The position numbers were made by a program, and so were the translations under genes. Below, piece by piece: positions 24,101 to 31,562 of a stretch of DNA of 64,000 bases. Within the stretch, counting starts at the first letter, position 1, and the number at the start of each line of letters is the position of its first letter. The notes below the pieces were generated by a model. The model was given only the letters and a program-made list of their open reading frames with translations. It was not told where the DNA came from and did not search any database. Source of the stretch: a virus (Duplodnaviria; Heunggongvirae; Uroviricota; Caudoviricetes); the IMG/VR virus record IMGVR_UViG_3300009093_000040. One strand, given 5' to 3'.

Positions 24101-24441
24101 TCTCTTTGGGTCGTATAGTTCCTCAAGATACTTTTTTAAGAATCATGGAACAGCCTGTTAAAGAATGGATTGATAAAATAAGTCCTTCTGTATTGGTAGA
24201 TTTCTACGATAAATTTTTAGTAGAAAATGCTAACAAAGCTCAGAGAATAAGAAGTAAAGATTATCTTAGCGATGCGACATTAGATAAACCAAAAGTGTTG
24301 CATAAAGGTGATCAACTTAGTATTTTTGATGAAGAAAACCTGAGTGAAAGTACAGAGAGGAAGATAAAAATGGAAGCAGAAATTGTGAAACCGGTAACAG
24401 ATGGTGATGTTCAAGATTTTTTAAACCAATGTAATGTATAA
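15172..24441 (+). CDS. Giant protein (3089 aa); candidate virion-packaged RNA polymerase (crAss-like) with DxDxD motif
   Basis: 'SGTDFDYDKL' at nt 21832-21846 (aa 2221-2225) resembles the NADFDGD / DxDxD catalytic loop of two-barrel RNAPs and of the crAss-like vRNAP; 'HEAWH' HExxH motif at 17362-17376; overlaps the neighbouring genes by 4 and 8 nt. Confidence 0.5.
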   Translation: MINCAISKEQQQALYSIIYGDLLKNPESFSVENYIRGIYSMINAASNNSNMALDYARLVPHYLKIAASRNFDIDDFLLDKVDPKILNNLRREFNDDIKNVEKYITGEKDVLQDLKEIEQEVQNESLSTVKQEEIPEPLPAATPIETSLLLSDNSYETPYKEAEEISPDLKMYSDLKRRIINNVQEDGSAVIPEVGRVWLRVMSTTSIEEKHMTPDTVKLIQQATEKRKAEILDAHNKGAAVFVTRGDGELIYFDKEGKATFSDNGKPAYYTFINPKVDDKGEIIVQNWQKEIIDNISKNQRISKEEARAVFVRQLKTFKAIREYVNKNPKDNSVKLNLTGGYLGRLAKPLGDQKNNLSAFNFKDTIFFPRQGVEAKGEKNNRYYFDFQGVSGVPIERPQFTPDLATKLSSVLFDPLKIETPMGLVNISIPERIQLFKQFVLTGADRIGIFPDNSGTGITLKKFGRKIEGKTQDELKQIVTDYLTRLVPTREITSEQAKGKTIVDNLDNPVLGQVYKHTNDKNAERFFVIEPVRQNIVNDLLKSNEYTDFDIKDGIIKSTKKPYSEYIRNNFFINYPLHLDGDGNLQTLNAYFNFQVSNEEKNKAEGKDIRKEIVEKAKTETPKESGVLAPVTTAQKTVEVMKAMSARDKLIKLKRDNPDKFNKLFGQKTLEATLEQIDEAKNWYEAHPLSSHFPFEQAFNMVNIDNPNSIATWQMNGITLFKGADYSDLYHEAWHGFTQSFLTQDQKSDLYNEVRRKSGSFTDYNGNRVLFSNAKDLQVEEYLAEDFREYMLKGQKSEKGASSRNNIFQKIWNFLKTLFGVNNVSEIALDEKANKTIKDLYEKLRVGDLNDFTFAVENRNYDTLNKGIQRINREEPEASLNYENSKLIFDTVDSLFSEAADIFNSGLTESESLEKASLESKVDKSPAENGRLQELKGQQTYKYASTLFNTVGGLQAAYSHAQLRLAEQRNQLAEKEVTPEIQSKIDLLDYALRNFGDVENISKNKEDAGVIGYHLFKSEFLGEDLRDEIKEDQESENREEEGKNFYDRGGNELSIFDLAAREILYMIKGLHKTDPQGKIEYNKLGLPELVPFRETTAHIARTVQNISTAEKMYDALKKEGESFHPINQLLGKLGPVSYQGQSDAEVDNWTKFWQTFNKYRIPLVQMNMNEVRKDEDGKEIPVRYEVKIGNANADFRKVGQRWEAEFAIVQNNPYIANDERGNYLDTEKLLGKYPDRNSVNGKEFEFFRDMGINLKNTNVVKKALEDAVSKGEIKAQGFYDNLNKLKEKGVTIRNLGIISSSNDKLGIKGEGGNYKKLQELQGRYSDEQSDFMVTNAAGDPQSEFSQNTTLTQFVKKMNEASDWQELMQDPASQHWNFIKSERINAPFNPFTKRSIWINSMFNFAVPGGMRKGPKLNIQNLSGVTLLKDGEAQGEGVISTDADEYTKMILDLHLMVEKGMPELPRHAGKKTSLSVFVGNGGLYVDTDKFIDLDNRNVGMSEAVDMIFPYLKSELERVKECRTLSNSVQQYDFDYLKRGSKLVYFDYLTDELKDQLYGFTGDVDSFFETEDGVELARRAKNQMADYFQKKYEENKSKLKQAQYVSSSLINDVRNTAVKKGVPAKYITDIALIDAIVRSFTLNAWIHNMESTVVLYGDIALYKDFHKRNAAINSTGDVLRTDKEFIDYLNKSKEEGGFGGKMFAATRGVSQENRLYNGILNTAIMEDVEVASVYHDEYNKAIKSPVIDAKYGDKGVNEADAAAFVAFDSYRLFRKSLSKWSNEQERMYQKIVKGESINPSEVTETFPTVKMGYDGPIQNAHLPLVALHKFALFPLIPTVIKGTNLEKLHDKMMREGIDYATFKSGSKVATIVTKDKPDKLYTDNKLRTFNETPFTPNRVFADYLKDQVEVSSKFKKKISFFSQLRKLIDNGLMESGVPTDFKLALDVNQRREDWDKLSEADKVKTSKNYYLRQNFVNKLKELGEVKKRELFHEMGWKMDKNGKPTGDIKPLMEVVSRELSRRDLAEHEIGFIQILPNGKLKHSLDLSQSSDKIEAVLMAIVNKRLVRYKVNGEQLAQVSAAGFENLSFAYGPERKFEKPTAEDLAKYGTNDLPTYHIGSNGKISAAKVKIAIQGDFKKLLGLPEVEQKAFSSGISRREALNDLLKDENWLNTGDNRKMVTMTGARIPTQGINSMEFSEVYEFLPEEAGNIIIAPTEITSKSGTDFDYDKLPMMMPNIAIVNNRIALAKQYTQKEAREMYDTLLKYKINEATLNGLDKNEVFSLMKPGVFFEFEQAMIRLFGDSYMEDLKAIVKEDYKIPEFEEFFERLNGTKAIENQIITAIREILEQPENLGNLIRPNDTDLVKPLADQMKPLVSEFDRKQGAGSHVLEYLYNLAVHQANSVGKDTLGIGAVDNTYNTIFNGVGAYLNPQYKIGNAKQSYRTELLLPHNKLMVKGKPVVSLSGLKDAANENSISEIISQLINGWVDVEKDDWISNIQGNKQLAPIMLYLIQAGVPLKSVVYFISQPLVREYVKQQKLSKSTFAKPLGKAPANPLWYRRKALMSVLENPTFGFDIEKNKDGNITNSTLYKSTLRYAEGIKDFSEKELFDGIKNKTGEYTDREKAAFLHFIEVENITKKLLELKMATNVDTKPTRTLHEAQAKVLQVNKLKGDNAVPGELIDKILNNSAVGAFYTQEFALDLFGKLFPIKNNNEVNEFIASVPFGETLSSLFSTQEQFVEAFRNDLMSYIFQNQVRQFDLDKVDKKQITKDFEDRIYTTEEYEKKGLAKLNDNTFLLAKEYGHFVSERDSLRSLNDEKSVENDFDYINLLNKNTFNPKNKKEGESIQDFEVRIKKLSYEEWLRDKALDNILNPWKLFKSHSSYADQFVRIRKQYPNLIDDYSLMRNLQFKTGPAGYRNLKLSTTKIDADTIEVYHENLQNLSNKSVIKVSDPVANEYISNFFSKFPLVSFMQSGQNIKSAFSLGRIVPQDTFLRIMEQPVKEWIDKISPSVLVDFYDKFLVENANKAQRIRSKDYLSDATLDKPKVLHKGDQLSIFDEENLSESTERKIKMEAEIVKPVTDGDVQDFLNQCNV

Positions 24442-27400
24442 AAGTATTTGTGATATAAGAGAACATGAGCCAGCGTTTGTTACGTTGGAAGCTCAGTTAA
24501 TAGATAAATTAGGTCCAGAAAAAGGAACCTATGAAGCTGCGCGAGATTATCTGGAATATCAAGAGGTTAGACCTTTTGATGATGTTTTAGATAAGCTGAA
24601 GGATGAAATTTTTTCACCTTATGCTGAAATCTTAAAACAATCAAATCCTGCAAAAGCACCAGTAACTGTTGATTCTAAAAAAGCAAGTGTTGTAGCTGAA
24701 CCTATAAATAAAGAAGCTTTGGATCAATTTAAAGCTGAGGTAAAACTTAATAAAAAAGAAGTGAGTGGTTTGCAAAAAGCAATGATTAATAAGAGAGTTG
24801 TTAAAGCTAATGGTAAGTTGGCTACTTCTTTTTACATTAAATATAAACAGGTAGGTCAAGCTGATTTATATACTTGGGAAGTTTTAGATTATGGTAAAAA
24901 GAACCAACAGGTTATCGCATTTAATCGTCAAGAGTTATTGGCAGCAAGACAAGTTGATTTTGATAATAAGGAGCTAACTTCAGCTGAAACAACCAATACG
25001 CGCGCGATTGAAATAGCTACTAAACTTGCAGATACTTTATCTGGGCAAACAGGAATTGCTTATAAAATTATAAATGAAAAGGAAGCAAAAGAAATAACTA
25101 AGGATGCTAAAAATCCTTGGGTGAATGAACCTGCCTTTTATGTGGGTTCTACTGTTTACTTTGTAGGAAATAATTTGACAACTAAAAATGCGCTACATGA
25201 ATTTTCTCACCCTATTTTTAGAGCAATATCTGTAAGTAATCAGGAGTTATTTAAAAATCTATATAACGATCTTATAAAAACAAATGAGGGCGCTCGAATC
25301 GTGGAAAGCGTAAAGCAGAACTATCCTGATCTCGACATCAATGATAATTTGTTTGCAGAGGAGGTTTTAGTGCATGCTTTACAAAGTGTATCTGAAGATA
25401 AGAGACATGATGTGAAAGAGCCTAAAGGTTTTGCTAAAGCGATTCAGAATATATTATATTCTATCAAACAATTTTTACGTAAGGTATTTGGTCAACCGGT
25501 AAATGTAGCTAATCTCGATGTAGATACAACACTTGATCAGTTAGCTGATATGTTGGCTGCAGGTAAGAACTTTGATATTAAAACAGATTTAGTTAATCAG
25601 GATGATGTTACTGCTTATGTAAGAGATAATGAAACTTATATAAATGATTTATTAAAAATTGATAAAGCAGAACTGGAAGCACTTACGAATAGTTTTTTTG
25701 ATAAAGTTTCTAAACAAATTCAGAAAGTAAAAAACAACGAGAATTATGCTGATATGTTGAACTTATTGGTTAATGAATATAAGACCGGTGAGCTTCAAAA
25801 AATGCGCGAAAATTTAAAACCTTATCAAACAAAGATATTGGAACGAATGGATGCATTAACAGATGAGGTAGAATATCAAAAAAGAAGTGCCTCTGCTTTA
25901 TTAAATACCATGTTCCGTTTGCAAAATCTTACTGAAAAGGTAAGGGAGCAGCTTGTAGAAATTTCTAAAGATGTTGACAACAAAGATAATTTACAACGTG
26001 CTTTTTATTATAAACAACTTTTAGATTATTGGGATGATTTTACCAAGGAGGCTGATGAAAATTTATCTAAAGTATTTATAGATGTGAATTCTCCTTTATC
26101 CAGATTAGTAGGTCAACTTGGTCAATCAATAAAACGTTCTTATGATGTAATTGATTCTATTTATCAAAAAGGATCTAAAGATATTTTAATGGATGAACTT
26201 TCTTCATCTGCTAAAAAAATTGATGAAAAATATACAGAGATGCTTGCTACTTTAAGAACAAAGAATGCGCCTCAAAATATCATAGACAAATTAAATAAAG
26301 AATACGAAGAAGCTAAAATTACTCCGGATAAAATTGAAAAAGCTTTGAAAGGTCAGTTGAAGGATGCTAATGCAATAAGTTCTTTCTTGGAGGGTTATGG
26401 TTACAATACAGATCCTGTAGTAGGAGGTTTAGCGTTGTATGTAAAAAACAACATGACCGATGTATTAATTAAGTCTCAAAGAAAATTCAATGATTTTGCT
26501 GATGAGATGAAACCTTTGTTAGAGGCTGTATGTTATAATCCTAACAATGTGGGAGAGCTGGGTAAACAAATTGGTTACAAAGATAAAGTAGGTTACACCG
26601 ACGAAAATGGTGATTTTAAAGTACGTGAGGTTTGGAGATTTTTAAATAAGTTTAAAGGAAGTGATTTAGTTGAAGATGAGTATCGTTATAAAATAAAAAC
26701 AGCTTCAGATAAATATGCAGAATCAGGTAGCGAAGAAGATAAAAAAGCTTTATACGATTTGCAATCAGAATGGAAAAATCATCGTACCGATTACTGGCAT
26801 CAAGAATACGTTCCGCAATTTTATGAAAGATATAATCTTTTAGAAAAAGATGATATAGGTAAAGAGGCAGCGATGCTTCGTGATAATGTTTATGATGAAA
26901 TGCGTCAGCTTACGGAATCTCCAACATCTGCGATGGATGATTTACAAGTATCTGATCAATTGGAAGAATTACACCGTCAGTTACGTCATTTAAAAGATGT
27001 GCGTGATGAGGGTGGTAGAATGAAAACAGGAAAAGATTTAGCAATTGCAGAACGATTAAAAGAATTTGATGAAGCAACTAAAGACTTTTATGAATGGAAA
27101 GAAATTCCGGATGCTTTTAAAAATGCATTAAGTGATTTTGAGCAAAAGTTAGTTAGTGAAGGTTATGAAAAAGGTAGTGATCAATATAAACTTTTACGCG
27201 AAGCTTGGTTAGAAAAAAATACTCGTCGTGTGGCTAAACAAGAATTCTGGGATGAGATGGGATCTATATCTACTAAGATAAAAGATTTATTGTCAAAGCT
27301 CCCTGTTAACGAACAAGCGAATTTAGATATATCAGGTGCATTGCAGGAAATCAAAGAAGTGATGACTGGGTATAAGGATGGTGAGGGTCAACCGGTGGGT

Positions 27401-28414
27401 GATGAAATGGACCCTGAGCGTTTGGAAATTATAAAACGTAATCAGGAGAAAATTATGAATGCTCAAGATAAGTTAGCTAAACTTTCCGGTTTAACTAAGG
27501 CAGAGCAATTTGAATTAAATGAAATTTATGACCGTTTAGCTTTTGGTCAGGCAAACAATGCAGACCGTCAAAGACTTCAGGTATTGATGGACCGTAAGAG
27601 CGCTTTAAGTTTAGATAAATTTCAGCGCGCTGCGTTAGCTGGTTTGTTTGAACAAATGAATCAGTTACGTAAACGTGAAGCTACAGATAGTTATGTGGAT
27701 ACAATGAACAGTTGGTTATCTACATTGAAAACAGATCGTATTCATTTTATCACTCGTGGTAATGCAAATATAATTTTACAAGAACATAACATTAATGATT
27801 TATTAGCGCAGTCTGCTGAATTTGAAACTTGGTTTAAACAAAATCATATTCGTAAAAAAGGTTTTGATAAAGAAGCTGGTGAAGAAATTGAGAGATGGGA
27901 GCGTACTTATGCTTGGAATGTTATCCGACCTAATGATGATGCTTATTATGAAAAAACAGCTATTACAGATGATGAAGGTAATGTTGTTGAAGAGGTGATT
28001 GGCATTCCGGCATCTAAATATTTTAAACGAATTGTAAAAGATGAATATCGTAATGATAAAATTGTAGGTAAGACTGTTGACAACCGTGGTAACTGGTTGC
28101 CTAAAGGTTTGGAAGATGGTGCAAAGGATGATCGTTACATAAATCAGGATTATTTTAAAATGCAACGTGATAATCCTAATTTGTTTAAGGTGCTTGAAAA
28201 AATGAAGCAGCATCACTTGGAAAATCAGGAAGGTGTTTCTAAAAAAGGAAGATTGTATCTTGACATGCCTCGTTTCCGTAAACAAACCGTTGAACGTTTA
28301 CAGTCAACAAATTTGCTACAACGTTTAATTCAGCGTTTAAAAGATTTCTGGAATAAAGTAAAAGATGGTTATGAAAGTGGATTCAACTTTAAAGATGATT
28401 ATCAGTTGGTGTAA
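24434..28414 (+). CDS. Giant virion/ejected protein (1326 aa), function unknown; possible additional vRNAP-associated subunit
   Basis: Start overlaps the stop of the 3089-aa gene; highly charged coiled-coil-prone composition. Confidence 0.5.
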   Translation: MYKSICDIREHEPAFVTLEAQLIDKLGPEKGTYEAARDYLEYQEVRPFDDVLDKLKDEIFSPYAEILKQSNPAKAPVTVDSKKASVVAEPINKEALDQFKAEVKLNKKEVSGLQKAMINKRVVKANGKLATSFYIKYKQVGQADLYTWEVLDYGKKNQQVIAFNRQELLAARQVDFDNKELTSAETTNTRAIEIATKLADTLSGQTGIAYKIINEKEAKEITKDAKNPWVNEPAFYVGSTVYFVGNNLTTKNALHEFSHPIFRAISVSNQELFKNLYNDLIKTNEGARIVESVKQNYPDLDINDNLFAEEVLVHALQSVSEDKRHDVKEPKGFAKAIQNILYSIKQFLRKVFGQPVNVANLDVDTTLDQLADMLAAGKNFDIKTDLVNQDDVTAYVRDNETYINDLLKIDKAELEALTNSFFDKVSKQIQKVKNNENYADMLNLLVNEYKTGELQKMRENLKPYQTKILERMDALTDEVEYQKRSASALLNTMFRLQNLTEKVREQLVEISKDVDNKDNLQRAFYYKQLLDYWDDFTKEADENLSKVFIDVNSPLSRLVGQLGQSIKRSYDVIDSIYQKGSKDILMDELSSSAKKIDEKYTEMLATLRTKNAPQNIIDKLNKEYEEAKITPDKIEKALKGQLKDANAISSFLEGYGYNTDPVVGGLALYVKNNMTDVLIKSQRKFNDFADEMKPLLEAVCYNPNNVGELGKQIGYKDKVGYTDENGDFKVREVWRFLNKFKGSDLVEDEYRYKIKTASDKYAESGSEEDKKALYDLQSEWKNHRTDYWHQEYVPQFYERYNLLEKDDIGKEAAMLRDNVYDEMRQLTESPTSAMDDLQVSDQLEELHRQLRHLKDVRDEGGRMKTGKDLAIAERLKEFDEATKDFYEWKEIPDAFKNALSDFEQKLVSEGYEKGSDQYKLLREAWLEKNTRRVAKQEFWDEMGSISTKIKDLLSKLPVNEQANLDISGALQEIKEVMTGYKDGEGQPVGDEMDPERLEIIKRNQEKIMNAQDKLAKLSGLTKAEQFELNEIYDRLAFGQANNADRQRLQVLMDRKSALSLDKFQRAALAGLFEQMNQLRKREATDSYVDTMNSWLSTLKTDRIHFITRGNANIILQEHNINDLLAQSAEFETWFKQNHIRKKGFDKEAGEEIERWERTYAWNVIRPNDDAYYEKTAITDDEGNVVEEVIGIPASKYFKRIVKDEYRNDKIVGKTVDNRGNWLPKGLEDGAKDDRYINQDYFKMQRDNPNLFKVLEKMKQHHLENQEGVSKKGRLYLDMPRFRKQTVERLQSTNLLQRLIQRLKDFWNKVKDGYESGFNFKDDYQLV

Positions 28415-28420
28415 CTGGAT

Positions 28421-30163
28421 ATGTTTGATGATGATACCACCGGTGTGCCTATTTCAGGTTTATCTAATCTTGATGTGGAAGAAGTTTCAACCGATATTGC
28501 ATACAACATGATGCGTTATATGTTGTCTGCAGAGCGACAAAAAAAGCTGGTAGAAATATCACCGGCAGCGCGCGCTATCCAATCGGTGTTAAACAATAAA
28601 AAGAATTTTCCTTTTGCAGAGAAAGCTTTAAACAACAATACAATTTTAGTTAGTGATAAAAAGAAAAATAAATATATCCGTGCACAAGCTGTAAATAATA
28701 TGATTGAGCGTGACTTCGAAGGTCAGGCAAATACAGGTTGGTTTTCGGATAGTGCTCCGGCACAGAATTTTTCAAACTTCCTGTTTAAGAAAGCATCGTT
28801 TGCTTACTTGGCATTCAACATACCTTCAGCGTTAAAAAATGCTATATCAGCTAAATTTCAGGGTATGGTGGAAGCGATTGCCGGTAAGTACATGACTCCA
28901 CAAACTTATGCTAAGGGTGAAGGATGGGCAGTTAATGCGGCAGGTAAGATTTCGATGGAGGTCTATAAAAAGGGTTCGAAAAGTTTGGATTTACAGATTA
29001 TAGAGATCTTTGATCCGGAGCAGGGCAGATATGAGCATAAGGTTGGTGAAGCGCTAAGCAGAACTCCGGGCAAGGACACCTTCCTGATGATTGAACGTTT
29101 ATCCGATTTTAGAAAGTGGACACAGTTACAGTCTTCTTTACACATTTTCGCGGGCATGATGTATCACCAGAAGGTGAAGCAAGGGGAGAAGTATATTGAC
29201 TATATGAGCGCATGGGAGTTAAAGGACGGTAAAATTCAGCTTAAACCGGGGGTAGATCCAGAATGGGGTATTACCTACGATCAAGACGGAAAAGAGCTCA
29301 TAGGGGCTAAATTCAAGGAAAAACGTAACGAAATACACACTGTTATGGCTAACCTGAATGGTGCAATGTCAAGAGAAGAAAGTCCGGAAGCAAATCGATA
29401 TCTGCTATTCCGTTACATTTCTTACCTAAGACGTTGGTTTACCACCATGTTCACAAACCGTTGGGCTTATTCCGGTTCGCTGTGGAGAGGCAGTTCGCGC
29501 GGTCGTGTTAATTACCAGCTGGGGGACACAAAAGAAGGTTGGTACATATCAACGCTAAAACTTATCGGTAAAGCAGCAATGACCGGTGGTAAATATCTTC
29601 CGTACATGAACCAAGATGAGAAACAAGCTTTTATCCGTGTCATGACTGAGGTCGGTACTCTTATCCTGATGAGCTCACTATTACCTTTAATGTTTGACTG
29701 GGATCCTGATGATGAAGATCGTTATGCAAGGTTACGTGCTAAATCAGGAGCATTACCTTTCTTTGGTTTAACAGCAGAGGATCCTAAGCGACCATTTAAC
29801 ATTGGAGGCTACCTAGAGAACCATGCACTATTGATGATGATGAACATTAGAGGAGAGAATGAACAGTTTTTACCATTCCCGGGGTTTGGTCTTGATGATT
29901 ATTCTTCGTACATGGACATAAAATCACTTGCCTTTGGTCCAACGACAAAATCATACGCTAAAGTAGCTCAGGATATGTACTACATCGCTTCAGGTGATGA
30001 CAAGGCTTATTACAAACGTACAGTAGGTCCTTACGAATTCCAGCAAGAGGGTGGAAGCAAAGCATGGGCGCATTTAGCTACAGCGATTGGGTTGACTGGG
30101 GGGTCTATTGATCCGGCAGTTGCTATTAAGAATTTCCAAGCAAATCAAGCACGTTCTAAATAA
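28421..30163 (+). CDS. Hypothetical virion protein (580 aa)
   Basis: ORF starts 7 nt after the previous stop; non-repetitive sequence. Confidence 0.45.
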   Translation: MFDDDTTGVPISGLSNLDVEEVSTDIAYNMMRYMLSAERQKKLVEISPAARAIQSVLNNKKNFPFAEKALNNNTILVSDKKKNKYIRAQAVNNMIERDFEGQANTGWFSDSAPAQNFSNFLFKKASFAYLAFNIPSALKNAISAKFQGMVEAIAGKYMTPQTYAKGEGWAVNAAGKISMEVYKKGSKSLDLQIIEIFDPEQGRYEHKVGEALSRTPGKDTFLMIERLSDFRKWTQLQSSLHIFAGMMYHQKVKQGEKYIDYMSAWELKDGKIQLKPGVDPEWGITYDQDGKELIGAKFKEKRNEIHTVMANLNGAMSREESPEANRYLLFRYISYLRRWFTTMFTNRWAYSGSLWRGSSRGRVNYQLGDTKEGWYISTLKLIGKAAMTGGKYLPYMNQDEKQAFIRVMTEVGTLILMSSLLPLMFDWDPDDEDRYARLRAKSGALPFFGLTAEDPKRPFNIGGYLENHALLMMMNIRGENEQFLPFPGFGLDDYSSYMDIKSLAFGPTTKSYAKVAQDMYYIASGDDKAYYKRTVGPYEFQQEGGSKAWAHLATAIGLTGGSIDPAVAIKNFQANQARSK

Positions 30164-30456
30164 TGAAAGCAAAAATTTATGAACATAAAGGGAAAAAATT
30201 ACCACCCATAACCTGTGAGACAGATTACAGGGATATACGAATCTATATAAACGGTATACTGCACATTATTATTCCTCGTCCGATAGTAGCTGAAGTAACA
30301 AAAGATAGTATTTGGTTACAATCATATTTGGTGGGCAGCAGAAAGAATAAATTTTATTATATAGAGGTAAAACATTCTGGAGGAGAAGATTATTATGGGT
30401 ATGATAACCGAGAAATCTGGGTGGAAATTTTGAAGCTGCTAAATGATAATATTTAA
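30163..30456 (+). CDS. Hypothetical protein (97 aa)
   Basis: TAATG overlap with the upstream gene; last gene of the + block. Confidence 0.35.
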   Translation: MKAKIYEHKGKKLPPITCETDYRDIRIYINGILHIIIPRPIVAEVTKDSIWLQSYLVGSRKNKFYYIEVKHSGGEDYYGYDNREIWVEILKLLNDNI

Positions 30457-30458
30457 AA

Positions 30459-30860
30459 TCATTTAACTAGAATAACTTCACCGTATTTATAGATAGTTTT
30501 TATACCAATTGATTTCATAAAAATGTGTAATTGTTTTCGGCTGTCCTTAAACTTTTTCATCAATACAGGATCTGAAGTTTTATCTTCCTCTTCTTCAAAC
30601 TCTTCAACTACATCTTCTACCACTATAGAAGTTATACACAACTTTGCAGCACTTATTCTTTCTTCTTCGTTAAGAGGAATTTTTAAAGCTTTTTTGTATA
30701 AGCGTAGAGCTATACCTTGTAGCTCCTGTTCTGATGCTCCTAATTGTTTTGATATTGTGTGATAGCTTATCCTATTTTCTATTTCACAATTACGGGCATT
30801 AAAAATAATTCGTTCTTCGGGAGATAGTTCATCGACAAAATTTTTAATGTATTCGTTCAT
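30459..30860 (-). CDS. Small sigma-70 region-4-like HTH protein (putative transcription regulator)
   Basis: 'LSPEERIIFNAR...ISYHTISKQLGASEQELQGIALRLYKKALK' resembles ECF sigma region 4; convergent with the + block, with a 2-nt gap. Confidence 0.35.
   Translation of the reverse strand: MNEYIKNFVDELSPEERIIFNARNCEIENRISYHTISKQLGASEQELQGIALRLYKKALKIPLNEEERISAAKLCITSIVVEDVVEEFEEEEDKTSDPVLMKKFKDSRKQLHIFMKSIGIKTIYKYGEVILVK
30462..30475. repeat. 14-bp direct repeat copy 1 ('tttaactagaataa')
   Basis: Identical to 30866-30879; encodes the C-terminal 'ILVK' + stop of the sigma-like gene. Confidence 0.6.
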
Positions 30861-31279
30861 TTCTTTTTAACTAGAATAAAATTGTAAAACATATTAAAAA
30901 AGAAATTCCAAACGGTTCCTGCAATAAGGAGTAATAATAAAAAAGCTAAATATCGATTTGATATAAAGCTCCATATTTTAAAATCAAAAACAATTAAACT
31001 TACTGAAGCGCAAATAAATAAAATCATTAATGATTTGAATAAATGCCACCCATCGGTTAAGAAGGCAGGATAGTCCATAAACCATATTTTACGAAGACCT
31101 TTGGTATCATCACCACCAATATATTTATTTAACCAAGATATTTCAGGGTTCCAGTATTGATTTCGTTTGGAGTGAGGCATATCATTCGTTTTACAGAAAA
31201 TACTGTTTTCATAATGGAATTGTAGCACATCCATAATAGCATTACAGATGGCAGCTAAAGCGATGAATATTAAAATCAT
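30857..31279 (-). CDS. Multi-pass membrane protein
   Basis: Several hydrophobic segments; ATGA overlap with the downstream gene. Confidence 0.4.
   Translation of the reverse strand: MILIFIALAAICNAIMDVLQFHYENSIFCKTNDMPHSKRNQYWNPEISWLNKYIGGDDTKGLRKIWFMDYPAFLTDGWHLFKSLMILFICASVSLIVFDFKIWSFISNRYLAFLLLLLIAGTVWNFFFNMFYNFILVKKK
30866..30879. repeat. 14-bp direct repeat copy 2 ('tttaactagaataa')
   Basis: Identical to 30462-30475; encodes 'ILVK' near the C-terminus of the adjacent membrane-protein gene. Confidence 0.6.
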
Positions 31280-31533
31280 TTGCCTGTTTTTTGAGATTTA
31301 TATTTAGAGATACCACCTGCGGTTGCCATTATTAAAACACCTATGGGAAAGAATATAATCCATAATTGTTGTCGTTGACCAAAGCAATTTAAACCAATTG
31401 ATACAAACCAAACTATACACATCAGGTATAGAGGTATTACAAATATACCCCACATCAAGGCAAACCAGTATTTAAAACTTTTTTCGAAAGGCACATCGTT
31501 GCCTACGTAAAACCAAGTGAATTTTTTATCCAT
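31276..31533 (-). CDS. Small membrane protein
   Basis: Hydrophobic helices 'WGIFVIPLYLMCIVWFVSIGL'; 4-nt overlap. Confidence 0.4.
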   Translation of the reverse strand: MDKKFTWFYVGNDVPFEKSFKYWFALMWGIFVIPLYLMCIVWFVSIGLNCFGQRQQLWIIFFPIGVLIMATAGGISKYKSQKTGK

Positions 31534-31562
31534 GTTTTTTTTACAAATTTAGTAATTTATAA

